A stretch of 64,000 nt of DNA from a virus (taxonomy: Duplodnaviria; Caudoviricetes): IMG/VR virus record IMGVR_UViG_3300010429_001264. The stretch is one strand, 5' to 3'. Every line of letters begins with the position of its first letter. Positions within the stretch are counted from its first letter, which is position 1. The notes beneath the pieces are model-generated. The model saw only the letters and a list, made by a program, of their open reading frames with translations, did not search any database and was not told where the DNA came from. The translations under genes and the position numbers were made by a program. This document shows, in pieces, positions 1-10,111 of this stretch.

Positions 1-386
1 CAGCGTCACGTGCGGACCGCCCAATATGATCTTTATTTTATATTTCGATTTTATATATTTACAAAGATCAAAAACTATTTTTATTTGTGGAGTCGTTGAT
101 GTGAAACATATTACATCCAATTTATTGTTTATTATATAGTCATCTAATGCTGAGTAATAATCATTGTTATTTGTGAGATCTATAAAACTTATATTTTCAA
201 CATTTATAGATATGGATGTGGCTACGCGTAATATACCCAAAGAAGGGAACACTCTTTCTTCTGTTAAAAATGGAGATGGGGGATTAACAAATCCTATATT
301 TTTACTCAATATCACAATTCTTTATAAAACAAAAAAATATAAAGTTTAAAAAAATAGATTTTTAATTTTAATATATAGAAAGAGAT

Positions 387-944
387 ATGAGATATTTAAG
401 GTTATATGAACAATTTGGTAAAAAAGATGAAATATTCATTGTTTCTATGCCAAGTGGTGAAGTTTTTTATGTTGATGGGGATTTATTTGATGATATGGAT
501 GATCAAGGATTATTGAAGTATAATATTGATTATGATAAATCGTTCTATTGCTTTTCTGACAACATAAAGCATAAAGTAGAGAGTATGATAGCTTGGAAAA
601 AAGGAACCGAAGTTGAAGAAGAAATAATAAATGATTCATCGAGCGGTAAAACATATCTTTTTTTCGCTAATGATTTTGAAAGCAATTTATTGAAAAAATT
701 GAAAAATGTTTTATCTCCATTCAAGGTTAAGATAAAAGTTATGGCAAAAGATAGAACGTTGAAAATAATGTATATTAAAAATGAAAATGAAACGGTGCAT
801 CAAAGCGAGATTTATGTGATCAAAAATGATGTATATACAATAAGAATATATAGAAGAGGCGAAAAAGTAGAAGAATATGTCGTGCCAACGGATGATATGT
901 TACTTCAAAGAATAGAGTCTGAAGTTAGATTTTATTTTAAATGA
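387..944 (+). CDS. Putative virion-internal protein, (I/V)xxPSGE family, capsid-targeting-like N-terminus
   Basis: Starts MRYLRLYEQF; IVSMPSGE matches VVGLPSGE (28311-28808) and VIGIPSGE (43869-44102). Confidence 0.6.
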   Translation: MRYLRLYEQFGKKDEIFIVSMPSGEVFYVDGDLFDDMDDQGLLKYNIDYDKSFYCFSDNIKHKVESMIAWKKGTEVEEEIINDSSSGKTYLFFANDFESNLLKKLKNVLSPFKVKIKVMAKDRTLKIMYIKNENETVHQSEIYVIKNDVYTIRIYRRGEKVEEYVVPTDDMLLQRIESEVRFYFK

Positions 945-959
945 AAAAATGTAATAAGA

Positions 960-1832
960 ATGGAAAACTTAATGTCATATGAACGATTTTTGAATGAAAA
1001 AATAAATTTACCCAGTTTTCTTAAAAGAAAAAATCCAGAAATATCTCCAATTGATGAGAATGATCCCTGGGGCGAGGACACTCCAAGAAAATATACATTT
1101 GGAGAGTGGTTTAGATATAAATATAAAGATAAAGACCCACTGACAATAAAGATAATTGATTGTCATAATAATTCTCTCACCAGTCTTGATGGAATAGAGA
1201 ACTTGATAAATCTTAAAGAGTTATATTGTTACAATAATTCTCTCGCCAGTCTCGAGGGAATAGATAACTTGAGAAATCTTAAAGTGTTACATTGTTATAA
1301 TAATTCTCTCGTCAGTATCAGGGAAGTAGAGAACCTGATAAATCTTGAAGAGTTACATTGTTATAATAATTCTCTCGTCAGTATCAGGGAAGTAGAGAAC
1401 TTGATAAATCTTGAAGAGTTACATTGTTATAATAATTCTCTCGTCAGTATCAGGGGAGTAGAGAACCTGATAAATCTTGAAGTGTTAAATTGTTCTTATA
1501 ATTCTCTCGTTAGTCTTGATGGAATAGAGAACCTGATAAATCTTAAAGAGTTATATTGTTCTAGGAATTATATAACAAGTTTCGAGGGAATAGAGAACTT
1601 GATAAATCTTAAAGTGTTATCTTGTTCTAATAATTCTCTGACCAGTCTTGAGGGAGTAGAGAACCTGGAAAATCTTGAAGAGTTATATTGTTATAATAAT
1701 TCTCTCATCAGTCTTGATGGAATAGAGAACCTGGAAAATCTTCAATGGTTATATTGTTATAATAATTCATTTTCTGATGAATATAAAAATTATTTAAATG
1801 AACATTGTAAAAAAATAAAATTACGAATATAA
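960..1832 (+). CDS. Leucine-rich repeat protein (internalin/SDS22-like 22-aa repeats)
   Basis: Tandem LxxLxCxNNSLxSLxGIENLIN repeats encoded by 66-bp DNA repeats; SYERFLNE and DPWGED near N-terminus. Confidence 0.9.
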   Translation: MENLMSYERFLNEKINLPSFLKRKNPEISPIDENDPWGEDTPRKYTFGEWFRYKYKDKDPLTIKIIDCHNNSLTSLDGIENLINLKELYCYNNSLASLEGIDNLRNLKVLHCYNNSLVSIREVENLINLEELHCYNNSLVSIREVENLINLEELHCYNNSLVSIRGVENLINLEVLNCSYNSLVSLDGIENLINLKELYCSRNYITSFEGIENLINLKVLSCSNNSLTSLEGVENLENLEELYCYNNSLISLDGIENLENLQWLYCYNNSFSDEYKNYLNEHCKKIKLRI

Positions 1833-1844
1833 TCAAAAAAAAAA

Positions 1845-2321
1845 ATGAAACACATAAAAATATATGAAGATGTAAATGATCCCAACAATCTTTTGTTTGA
1901 TGGTAGTTTTATGTCTTGGTTAAGAACCAATTATCCAAAAAAAGAAGAATGGAATAAAATCAAAGAGTTATATTGTGATGGTATGAATTTCACTTCAATT
2001 GATGGTATAGAAAATCTTGAAAATCTAGAGCTTTTATATTGTCACGATAATTCTCTTATAAAATTAGATAATATAGAAAAAGTTAAAAATTTAAAATATT
2101 TATGGTGTTTCAATAATTTTTTAACATCTTTAAAAGGATTGGATAAATTAGAAAATTTAAAAGAAATTTGGTGTTATAATAATTATTTAACAGAAATAGA
2201 TGGCATCGAAAATCTAACTGGACTAAGAACTTTATGGTGTAGTAATAATAGATTCGATAATGATTATAAGAAATATCTTATAGATTGGTGCGATAATAAT
2301 AATATAAAACTGGAAATTTAA
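1845..2321 (+). CDS. Short leucine-rich repeat protein
   Basis: About 4-5 LxxLwCxNN repeats with the same C-cap as 960-1832; MKHIKIYED start. Confidence 0.85.
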   Translation: MKHIKIYEDVNDPNNLLFDGSFMSWLRTNYPKKEEWNKIKELYCDGMNFTSIDGIENLENLELLYCHDNSLIKLDNIEKVKNLKYLWCFNNFLTSLKGLDKLENLKEIWCYNNYLTEIDGIENLTGLRTLWCSNNRFDNDYKKYLIDWCDNNNIKLEI

Positions 2322-2373
2322 ATTAGATCTTCAATTTTTTATATATAGAGAAAAAAACTTCCACTCTCTATAA

Positions 2374-4410
2374 ATGAGTTTCAAAAAAATACAATTAATA
2401 GATCCTAGTACGATTGGTTGTCCAGAGACTGGACATATTTATTTAGGTAGAGATGCGACAGGTCTTTGGGAGAAAAGAGATAACTGCGACGTAGTTTATA
2501 TAGCCTTTGCCGAGAGTGGCTCGACCGATGGAGTAGATGGTACGTCAGGCTCCTCGGGTAGAGACGGAACGTTTGTTGGAACACACGGAACATCTGGAAC
2601 ATCAGGTCGTTCAGGAACATCAGGCACGTCTGGAAGAACAGGAACATCTGGCACTAGTGGTATAGGAACAGCTGGCACAAGTGGAACATCTGGAACTGGT
2701 TCAAGTGGATCGAGTGGTTCAAGTGGTTCAAGCGGTATAACTGGCACTAGTGGCTCTTCTGGAGTAGATGGAACATTTTATGGCTCATCTGGTATGAGCG
2801 GATCGAGTGGGAGTTCTGGTATATCAGGTGGTTATGGTGGGGCCACAAGGGTCTGGTATGGTTCAAGTGGAATATTGCCACCGTCTTCTGGATTTTTTAA
2901 ACTGGATGACATTAATCTTGGATCAGCAACTGTATTGAATATACATAATAATGATTCAACAGGATCTCTGGTTGATATATGGCTAAATAGTTGGAACGAA
3001 GGTGGCATTCTAAAAATTGAAAATAAATATAACATTAGCAACTTTGGTATATATAAAGTTAATGCTGGAAATGTCGTGTCCATTGGAAATTATCACCAAG
3101 TTTCTTCTTTGTTGTCATTAGCTGCTAACGGCAATGTGATCGATAACGAATATTATATATCCTTTATTAATAACGCCTATGGATCATCTGGAACAGCAGG
3201 AAAATCAGGGACATCTGGATTAACTGGAACTTCAGGCACTTCAGGTCTTATGGGCACATCTGGCACTTCAGGTATTATGGGAACATCCGGTACATCAGGA
3301 GTCGGACCAACAGGTGAAACTGGAACATCAGGTACATCAGGAATAACTGGAACATCAGGCTCTTCTGGAACCTCAGGCACATCAGGAATAACTGGAACAT
3401 CAGGTTCTTCTGGAACATCAGGTTCTTCTGGTGAATCTTATGAATTAATGTCCTTAGTTGCTGGCGATAATATAACTTTAACAGAAAGCGGCGACACCAT
3501 TATAATATCAGCCACTCTTAGTGGGGGAACTGGCTCAGGGACTTCAGGCACATCTGGATTGACAGGAACATCAGGCACATCTGGATTGACAGGAACATCA
3601 GGCACATCTGGATTGACAGGAACATCAGGCACATCTGGATTGACAGGAACTTCAGGAACTTCTGGAATCATGGGAATATCAGGCACATCTGGAACTTCTG
3701 GATTGACAGGAACATCTGGAACTTCTGGATTGACAGGAACATCAGGAACTTCTGGATTGACAGGAACATCAGGAACTTCTGGATTGACAGGAACTTCAGG
3801 AACTTCTGGATTGACAGGAACTTCAGGAACTTCTGGATTGACAGGAACTTCAGGAACTTCTGGAATCATGGGAACATCAGGCACATCAGGAAAACAAGGT
3901 ACATCTGGAACATCAGGAACATCAAGTTTATATAATCATTATATAGGAGAATCATATGAAGGTGGTATAGTCATAGATGTTTGGTTATCAGGTGGAACTG
4001 AATATGGATTAATAGCTTCACCAACAGATATTTCGACAGGGACAACTTGGAGTAATACAGGAAAAACAATAGGTTCTTCAGCGGCAAGTTTATATGATGG
4101 TTCTGGAAATACTACTGCTATTATAAATCAATCGGGACATACAACATCGGCAGCGCAATTATGCATAGATTATAGTAATGATGGTTACACAGATTGGTAT
4201 TTACCAGCATTATGGGAAATTAAAAAATGTTATGACAATGTTTTAACTCTTGATTTAATTCTAGGTAATAATGGATTCGGATTAAAAGAATATTGGAGTT
4301 CAACAGAAGAAACAACGAATGCTCATACTCAAACATTTAGATTTGGTTATACTCACACTCAAGATAAAACAACATCCTATTATGCTGTTAGAGCAGTAAG
4401 AAGATTTTAA
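2374..4410 (+). CDS. Gly-Thr-Ser repeat (collagen-like) fibre with C-terminal DUF1566/Lcl-like domain
   Basis: Long Gly-X-Y tracts (GTSGTSGLT); C-terminal GYTDWYLP...YWSSTE...VRAVRRF. Confidence 0.8.
   Translation: MSFKKIQLIDPSTIGCPETGHIYLGRDATGLWEKRDNCDVVYIAFAESGSTDGVDGTSGSSGRDGTFVGTHGTSGTSGRSGTSGTSGRTGTSGTSGIGTAGTSGTSGTGSSGSSGSSGSSGITGTSGSSGVDGTFYGSSGMSGSSGSSGISGGYGGATRVWYGSSGILPPSSGFFKLDDINLGSATVLNIHNNDSTGSLVDIWLNSWNEGGILKIENKYNISNFGIYKVNAGNVVSIGNYHQVSSLLSLAANGNVIDNEYYISFINNAYGSSGTAGKSGTSGLTGTSGTSGLMGTSGTSGIMGTSGTSGVGPTGETGTSGTSGITGTSGSSGTSGTSGITGTSGSSGTSGSSGESYELMSLVAGDNITLTESGDTIIISATLSGGTGSGTSGTSGLTGTSGTSGLTGTSGTSGLTGTSGTSGLTGTSGTSGIMGISGTSGTSGLTGTSGTSGLTGTSGTSGLTGTSGTSGLTGTSGTSGLTGTSGTSGLTGTSGTSGIMGTSGTSGKQGTSGTSGTSSLYNHYIGESYEGGIVIDVWLSGGTEYGLIASPTDISTGTTWSNTGKTIGSSAASLYDGSGNTTAIINQSGHTTSAAQLCIDYSNDGYTDWYLPALWEIKKCYDNVLTLDLILGNNGFGLKEYWSSTEETTNAHTQTFRFGYTHTQDKTTSYYAVRAVRRF
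3540..3920 (+). repeat. 27-bp tandem repeat encoding GTSGTSGLT
   Basis: Repeated ggaacatcaggcacatctggattgaca-type units. Confidence 0.9.
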
Positions 4411-4418
4411 AAAAAAAA

Positions 4419-4766
4419 TTAATTTTTAAATCCTTTATACAATTTGACAGAATCTTCTTCTAGACTCTTCCCATCTTTTATCGCTTTGTCTATCATACGA
4501 TTTAGAGCTTCGACATAGCGGGGACGTTTATCTTTAAAACAAATGTCAATTTTTCTCTTCAAACTAGCGACTTCTTCATCTGTTTCCGCCACGCCAATTC
4601 TATCTTCTAGATACCACATACGACAATGTAATATAGCCAATTTTTCAATCACTTCACCAATATTATCTGTTTCAATTATATCCATTGGCATTTCAACATC
4701 CTTGGATTTATTTAAAGTTTCTTTTACTATATTTTTAATAATATCTTCTATTTCTTCACCTATCAT
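4419..4766 (-). CDS. DUF4254-like helical protein
   Basis: ETDNIGEVIEKLAILHCRMWYLED resembles DUF4254 (recalled, not searched). Confidence 0.45.
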   Translation of the reverse strand: MIGEEIEDIIKNIVKETLNKSKDVEMPMDIIETDNIGEVIEKLAILHCRMWYLEDRIGVAETDEEVASLKRKIDICFKDKRPRYVEALNRMIDKAIKDGKSLEEDSVKLYKGFKN

Positions 4767-4816
4767 GTTTATCTCTTTTTTTTATTTTTTATATTTATTT
4801 TTTTATATATAGTTTT

Positions 4817-5560
4817 ATGAAAATGTTCAATATGTTTCTTAATGAAGAAAGAAGAGTTGCTTATAAGAAACAACTCTCGCCCGACTTATGGGAAGATGGA
4901 AAGATAATAGAAAGAATAAAACAAAAACTTATAAAAATTGGAAAAGATTTTTATGAAGATTTGGATGTTGATACTGAGCTTCTTGATATTTATTTCACTG
5001 GCTCGATGTGTAATTATAACTATTCGTCTGATTCTGATATAGATGTGCATATTATCATAGATTTCGAAGATGTCAGTGATAACATGAAATTGGTAAAAAA
5101 GGCAATGGATGGTCAACGATTTATATGGAATCTCCGACACAACATAGTTATAAAAGGACACGATGTTGAGCTATATGTTCAAGACTCTGGTGAAAAACAC
5201 ACAGCATCATCCATATATTCATTATTATATGATAAATGGATAGTTGAGCCAAAATATAATCCACCAGCCGTAGATCAGAAATTTGTCGATATGAAATATG
5301 ATGCTAAGGCTTATGACATAGACGAGCTTGAAAAATTATCAAAAGATGAAGACTTGGTGGATCCTTATGAATGTGAAGTTTATTATGATAAAGCCAAAGA
5401 AATGAAAGCGAAAATAATGAAATCTAGAAAAGAGGGTTTGGATTTAAATGGCGAATTTTCTATAGACAATCTAGTTTTCAAAAAACTTAGAAAAAATGGA
5501 AAAATTAAAAAATTAATTGACACAATAACAAGGTTTTACGATAAAATATATAGCCAATAA
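4817..5560 (+). CDS. Pol-beta superfamily nucleotidyltransferase with capsid-targeting-like N-terminus
   Basis: FTGSMCNYNYSSDSDIDVH (hGS-x9-DxD) plus third acidic residue in DVELYV; starts MKMFNMFLNEE. Confidence 0.8.
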   Translation: MKMFNMFLNEERRVAYKKQLSPDLWEDGKIIERIKQKLIKIGKDFYEDLDVDTELLDIYFTGSMCNYNYSSDSDIDVHIIIDFEDVSDNMKLVKKAMDGQRFIWNLRHNIVIKGHDVELYVQDSGEKHTASSIYSLLYDKWIVEPKYNPPAVDQKFVDMKYDAKAYDIDELEKLSKDEDLVDPYECEVYYDKAKEMKAKIMKSRKEGLDLNGEFSIDNLVFKKLRKNGKIKKLIDTITRFYDKIYSQ

Positions 5561-5564
5561 AGAT

Positions 5565-5975
5565 ATGAAACACTTAAAATTATACGAGCAGTTTGATGTT
5601 GATGATGATCCTTGGGGAGAGGATCCGGTTAAATATAATTTTAGAAATGTTCTACTTGACTCTGGGTATGAATTTGTTAAAGAAATACTCAGCGGAATAA
5701 TATACGATAATATTTATTTTCAAAAATATTATAATTCTCTTATGATGATTGCTGTTAGAGCTGAAATAAAAAAGATTTATGATCCAACTAATTGGGGAAT
5801 TAAAAGAAGCAATAATATTACATATTATTTTCAAACACTTCTTTATCGATCCAATAATACAGAAAAAATTGAAAATGTAATTGAAGTGAAAAACAAAGAA
5901 TTGACAAAAGAACTAATAGAAAAATATGAAGGCGAATTATGGAAATCTCATATTTTTTTACTTTCAAATAAATAA
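5565..5975 (+). CDS. Hypothetical protein with CTS-like and DDPWGE motifs
   Basis: MKHLKLYEQFDVDDDPWGED. Confidence 0.75.
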   Translation: MKHLKLYEQFDVDDDPWGEDPVKYNFRNVLLDSGYEFVKEILSGIIYDNIYFQKYYNSLMMIAVRAEIKKIYDPTNWGIKRSNNITYYFQTLLYRSNNTEKIENVIEVKNKELTKELIEKYEGELWKSHIFLLSNK

Positions 5976-5982
5976 TTAATAT

Positions 5983-6294
5983 ATGAAGCGCTTGAAATTA
6001 TACGAGCAATTTAATGAAGACGATCCTTGGGGAGAGGATTCAGGTCCATCCGATGAAAGCTCAGAGGATCTTTGGGATGATGACGACTATGATTTTAATA
6101 TTCATTATAATGATGATGATTCTTATTATGGTGATGATGACGACGATTATGATAACGTCAGAGAAGAAAAAATAGATTATTTGATGCGCAAGTTATACGA
6201 TGATGATGATATTAAATATTATTATAGAAACTATGCTTATCTTGATGGTTTGTCGGACGAAGAACTGGACGAATTATATAGAAAAAATATTTAA
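5983..6294 (+). CDS. Very acidic small protein with CTS-like and DDPWGE motifs
   Basis: MKRLKLYEQFNEDDPWGED, Asp-rich. Confidence 0.75.
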   Translation: MKRLKLYEQFNEDDPWGEDSGPSDESSEDLWDDDDYDFNIHYNDDDSYYGDDDDDYDNVREEKIDYLMRKLYDDDDIKYYYRNYAYLDGLSDEELDELYRKNI

Positions 6295-6314
6295 AAAAAA
6301 TTATATATAGACAT

Positions 6315-6704
6315 ATGAAGATAATGAAAACATTTGAAGAATTTTATACACAAGAGTGGCCAATGGCTCCAATGAATGTAGGTATGACACCAGAAGATAT
6401 AGAGGGTAATCCTGATTTCTATAATAAAGAAAATAAATTTCAAGAAGTTCAAGAACAAATGAAACTTTTATTAAAACCTATTTTATTAAAGAAAAATAAA
6501 AACGTTGATGATGGTGATGTCGAGAAAGTATCTGATTCGTTTTTCAAACTTGGTAATAATAAATCACAAGAAATAAAACAAATGGTTGATAGATGTAAAG
6601 ATACAAAACAATGTGCCAATGATATAATCAATAAATATTTAAAATATGTAAAGATTAACTTTGGTAGAAAAGATAATATAAATGATGTCGAAAATGATTA
6701 CTAA
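6315..6704 (+). CDS. Hypothetical protein with CTS-like N-terminus
   Basis: MKIMKTFEEF; TATATA just upstream. Confidence 0.7.
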   Translation: MKIMKTFEEFYTQEWPMAPMNVGMTPEDIEGNPDFYNKENKFQEVQEQMKLLLKPILLKKNKNVDDGDVEKVSDSFFKLGNNKSQEIKQMVDRCKDTKQCANDIINKYLKYVKINFGRKDNINDVENDY

Positions 6705-8148
6705 AAAGAAGAAGAACGCACTAAAAGCATATGAGGAATTTAATTTCAAAAGAAAATTTAAATCCCCAATATCAATAGACTCTGAAAAATCTACAAGAAC
6801 TGAAGTTACTAATTTGTTCTTAAAATTAACAAATACAACCACTCCGGCCGGTTATGAAAATTTGATGGAGCCATTTTTGCCTCCAGGATGGAAAAGAGAT
6901 GCTTTCAGCAATTATTATTATAAGATTGGAGATTCTGAAACAATGTTCACATCTCATTTGGATACTGCCGATTATAAGAAGCCAACTCCAATAAGGCATG
7001 TTTTTACTAAATATGAAAATCGGGATATTGTTAGTACTTATGGTAATTATATACTTGGGGCAGATGATAAAGCAGGGGCGGCCATAATGATACATATGAT
7101 CAACAAAAACATACCTGGTTTATATTATTTCTTTTTGGGCGAAGAACGTGGATGTCAAGGCTCTAAGGCGTTAAACAAAGGTATTAAAAGTGGTGAATAT
7201 AAAGATAACATTTTATATAGGAATATAAAAAGAGTTATATCATTTGATAGAAAAGGATATGGAAGCATAATATCTCGTCAATGTGGAGATGAATGTTGCT
7301 CAAAAGATTTTGTTAATGCTTTATCTGAAGAATTTTCTAAACATGGTTTAAAATTTGTTGACGATCCAAATGGAGTTTATACAGACTCCTATTCATTCAT
7401 TTACACTTATCCCGAATGCACTAATCTATCAGTTGGATATTTTAATCAACACTCATCAAAAGAAATTCAAGATTTAACTTATTTGAATAGACTGGCTGAT
7501 GCTTGTTTGAAAATAAATTGGGAATCTCTTCCAACAAGAAGGGAGCCAAAAGAACCTGTCGTTGTGCCAAGAAAAAAACACACTGGCAAAAGAATCGTTG
7601 ATCTAAAAGATTGTTATATAAGCGTAAAAAACAAAGAAAAGGCTATGGAAACCGCTAAAATATTGAAGGATAGTGGTTACAAAGTTTTTAATTACGAGCA
7701 AGTCGAATCCGGAAATTTAGATTTTATTGATTTTACTAAAGGAGATCATTTTTACGTGTATAGCGCCAGAAAAGATTGTTTCTATATAACTAAAATGTCA
7801 TTAACTCAAAGACAAATGAGATCGGCAATAGTGGATTTGAAAAAATGGGCAGAAAATCCACAAGTTGATATAAGAACGAGCGAAATGAGAAAAAAGGATG
7901 CTCCAAAAATGATATTACTAAGTTTTGGTGGTGACATTGAAGGCTATTATATAGCGCAAGACTTGAAAGAAGATGGTATAGTGATGTATTCCAACACACT
8001 TATACAATATACAGATGAGGTAAACTTTTTTAAACTGGCTGACTTATATGACACTGATGATATATTTTATTTTGATCCAAAGGAAGAAGTTTGGGTTGGT
8101 TATCAGAAGAACGAATTACCAAATGATATAAAAAGTCGATTATATTAA
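6694..8148 (+). CDS. M20/M28-family zinc peptidase with C-terminal extension
   Basis: SHLDT, GADDKAG, GEE, SFDR, YTD and QH metal-ligand motifs; LKAYEEF near N-terminus; start could also be 6682. Confidence 0.8.
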   Translation: MITKKKKNALKAYEEFNFKRKFKSPISIDSEKSTRTEVTNLFLKLTNTTTPAGYENLMEPFLPPGWKRDAFSNYYYKIGDSETMFTSHLDTADYKKPTPIRHVFTKYENRDIVSTYGNYILGADDKAGAAIMIHMINKNIPGLYYFFLGEERGCQGSKALNKGIKSGEYKDNILYRNIKRVISFDRKGYGSIISRQCGDECCSKDFVNALSEEFSKHGLKFVDDPNGVYTDSYSFIYTYPECTNLSVGYFNQHSSKEIQDLTYLNRLADACLKINWESLPTRREPKEPVVVPRKKHTGKRIVDLKDCYISVKNKEKAMETAKILKDSGYKVFNYEQVESGNLDFIDFTKGDHFYVYSARKDCFYITKMSLTQRQMRSAIVDLKKWAENPQVDIRTSEMRKKDAPKMILLSFGGDIEGYYIAQDLKEDGIVMYSNTLIQYTDEVNFFKLADLYDTDDIFYFDPKEEVWVGYQKNELPNDIKSRLY

Positions 8149-8470
8149 ATGAACCACTTGAAATTATATGAGCAATTTGATCTTGAGGATCTTTCTGACG
8201 ATGAACTTTTCGGAGCGCCCGTATGATGATATTTTAACATATGAAAATGATGGGCCAGAGTTCAAAGCTGGAGATAGAGTGATAACAAATAGAAATTTAA
8301 CACCAGGCTTAAAGAACGGTCATACTGGAACAGTTATTGATTTTTATAGCGGCGTATATTTAATCTGCTTTGATAATATTACTTTTGGACACAATGGAAG
8401 TGGTAATAATAATATACCAGAAGGACATGGTTGGTGGGTAGAAGGACATTTTTTAGATTCTATTTTTTAA
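8149..8470 (+). pseudogene. Frameshifted CTS-bearing gene (SH3/KOW-like C-terminal part)
   Basis: MNHLKLYEQFDLEDLSDDELFGAPV* at 8149-8226; coding continues in the +1 frame (FKAGDRV...GHGWWV) to 8470. Confidence 0.65.
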
Positions 8471-8486
8471 TTTTAATTCTTTTATT

Positions 8487-8494
8487 TATCTTTG
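8487..8494 (+). promoter_or_regulatory. Bacteroidota-type -7 promoter element TAnnTTTG
   Basis: TATCTTTG 18 nt upstream of the 8513 ATG; same element at 38184 (+) and 15439, 15717, 16572, 18083, 21682, 33512, 51626, 52538 (-). Confidence 0.7.
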
Positions 8495-8512
8495 CAAGTA
8501 AGATAAACTATT

Positions 8513-8887
8513 ATGAAAAATCTTCCAAACAAAAAAGAAATCGATGATTATTGGATAAATCATTTAGCAAAAAGAAAGGCTAAAGATATGAAAGATATTC
8601 ATCTTCCAAATCCCTTGGAACCTTTCCACTATGACATTCTATATAATAAAATGGGAGTTTTAAGAAAAGAACAACTTGTTGATGGTAAATATTATAGGGG
8701 ATTTTGTAGAAACGCTGATGTGGCGATGTGGGATGAAAAAGAAAATTGTTTTTGGTATATGCGTCATAAATTTGGAGACGTATTTGCTGAAAAAATTAAT
8801 CATCTAGATGATGATAATTTTCATGATCTTTTTGTGCCAGTTGAAGAAGTTGAACCCAAAGAAAACGAAATAATTAAAAATGAATAA
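8513..8887 (+). CDS. Hypothetical phage protein
   Basis: ORF with YYRGFCRNA..A.W motif, downstream of host-type promoter. Confidence 0.7.
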   Translation: MKNLPNKKEIDDYWINHLAKRKAKDMKDIHLPNPLEPFHYDILYNKMGVLRKEQLVDGKYYRGFCRNADVAMWDEKENCFWYMRHKFGDVFAEKINHLDDDNFHDLFVPVEEVEPKENEIIKNE

Positions 8888-9173
8888 TAACTTGAAATTC
8901 AAACTTCCAAGAAAAAAGAAAAAGAAATTTAAAAAAGATTGCTACCCGCATTTTAAATCTTATTATAATAAAGAGTGTTGGGAGTGGTTTTATTTTAAAA
9001 GAAGAGTTGAGGTGCGAAATATGGAAGTGATTATCAATTATCCGGATATTATAAGTAACACAGAACTTCTTTCTTGGTATGAAGAAAATTGTCCAAACGA
9101 TAAATTGGCAAAAATGTTCTGCTTACAAAACAGGCACAAATGGGACAAGTTTAATAAAAAATGGAAACAATAA
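8880..9173 (+). CDS. Hypothetical protein
   Basis: Overlapping operon ORF, KLPRKKKK start. Confidence 0.6.
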   Translation: MNNNLKFKLPRKKKKKFKKDCYPHFKSYYNKECWEWFYFKRRVEVRNMEVIINYPDIISNTELLSWYEENCPNDKLAKMFCLQNRHKWDKFNKKWKQ

Positions 9174-9487
9174 CATTATATAGACCTATAAATAACGAAG
9201 AATTCGATTTAATAAAATTATCTAATTTTTCAAAATTTCCGCCAAGATTGGATAGCCATCCAATATTTTATCCAGTGGTTAATTTGAAATATGCTCTTGA
9301 ACTATCCCAATGGAACATGCACTCATATGGAGCAGGATTTATTACAAAATTTAAAATAAAAAAGGAATTTCTAGATAATTTTGAAATTCATTGTGTTGGC
9401 GATAATTATCATTTAGAATATTGGATACCAGCTGAAGAATTAGACAAATTCAATTCAAATATAGTTGGAAAAATAGAATTAATATGA
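9161..9487 (+). CDS. ADP-ribosylation/crystallin J1-like family protein
   Basis: TLYRP...FPPRL..PIFYPV...EYWIPAEEL..FN..IVG.IE signature. Confidence 0.7.
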   Translation: METITLYRPINNEEFDLIKLSNFSKFPPRLDSHPIFYPVVNLKYALELSQWNMHSYGAGFITKFKIKKEFLDNFEIHCVGDNYHLEYWIPAEELDKFNSNIVGKIELI

Positions 9488-9690
9488 AAGAAGAAGATAA
9501 AAAACCATATACCTTTGATGAAGATGATCCTTGGGGAGAAGAATCTTCAAATAATGATGGAGGGGTCTTGCTGGGATATTCTAGAATTGATGGTAGACCA
9601 ATATTTAGGGACGGCGCTAGAATTTATAAAATCCTTCCAGATGGTTCGAAAATAGATATACAAAATATAAATTGGTCGCTGAATAAGTAA
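9484..9690 (+). CDS. Small protein with DDPWGE motif
   Basis: FDEDDPWGEE. Confidence 0.65.
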   Translation: MKEEDKKPYTFDEDDPWGEESSNNDGGVLLGYSRIDGRPIFRDGARIYKILPDGSKIDIQNINWSLNK

Positions 9691-9691
9691 T

Positions 9692-9997
9692 ATGAATTTG
9701 ATGAATATAAATATCGGTGACTGGGTTGGAGATCAAGACGCCCTAGATTACTTCTCTTATTATCCTTGCTATGTTTTGGAAAAAAACGAAGAAAAAGGTC
9801 TATATGTATGTGAAGTATTCACGGAGGATTTACACAATAGAAAAAGATGGATAAAGAGTTGGTATGAACTGAACGAAGAAAAACAAAAAGAACATAACAG
9901 AAGATTGGCGAATTCAAAAATAAAAGATAAAGATCTTTATATAAAAAAACTAAATTTTATTTATAGTGAAGATGATCCTTTTGGCGAGGATAATTAA
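9692..9997 (+). CDS. Hypothetical protein with C-terminal DDPFGE
   Basis: Ends YSEDDPFGEDN. Confidence 0.65.
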   Translation: MNLMNINIGDWVGDQDALDYFSYYPCYVLEKNEEKGLYVCEVFTEDLHNRKRWIKSWYELNEEKQKEHNRRLANSKIKDKDLYIKKLNFIYSEDDPFGEDN

Positions 9998-9999
9998 TT

Positions 10000-10104
10000 T
10001 CAACTTTTGATAAAAGCTCAGATACAAAAATAGTCAATTCTCTTGAAAATTTAAGACCTCTATGGTTGGGGGATAATTGTTCTAGAAAATTCAATAAAAA
10101 ATAA
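10000..10104 (+). pseudogene. C-terminal remnant of an HNH homing endonuclease
   Basis: Startless frame STFDKSSDTKIVNSLENLRPLWLGDNCSRKFNKK*. Confidence 0.55.
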
Positions 10105-10111
10105 AGCAAAA

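Noticed and set aside
1-22. GC-rich left edge as the 5' end of another minus-strand RNA gene
   Set aside because: Too little sequence to identify.
1060-1080. DPW as a eukaryotic AP-2-binding (epsin-type) motif implying a giant eukaryotic virus
   Set aside because: Bacterial promoters, boxA, attenuator, initiator tRNA and peptidoglycan hydrolases indicate a bacteriophage.
1140-1770. CRISPR array or DGR template suggested by 66-bp repeats
   Set aside because: Repeats are contiguous, in-frame LRR codons with no spacers; there is no reverse transcriptase in the window and variation is not adenine-specific.
2405-3884. Minus-strand Pro/Val/Asp-repeat ORFs
   Set aside because: Antisense shadows of the GTS repeats; most other short overlapping opposite-strand ORFs in the track were dismissed likewise.
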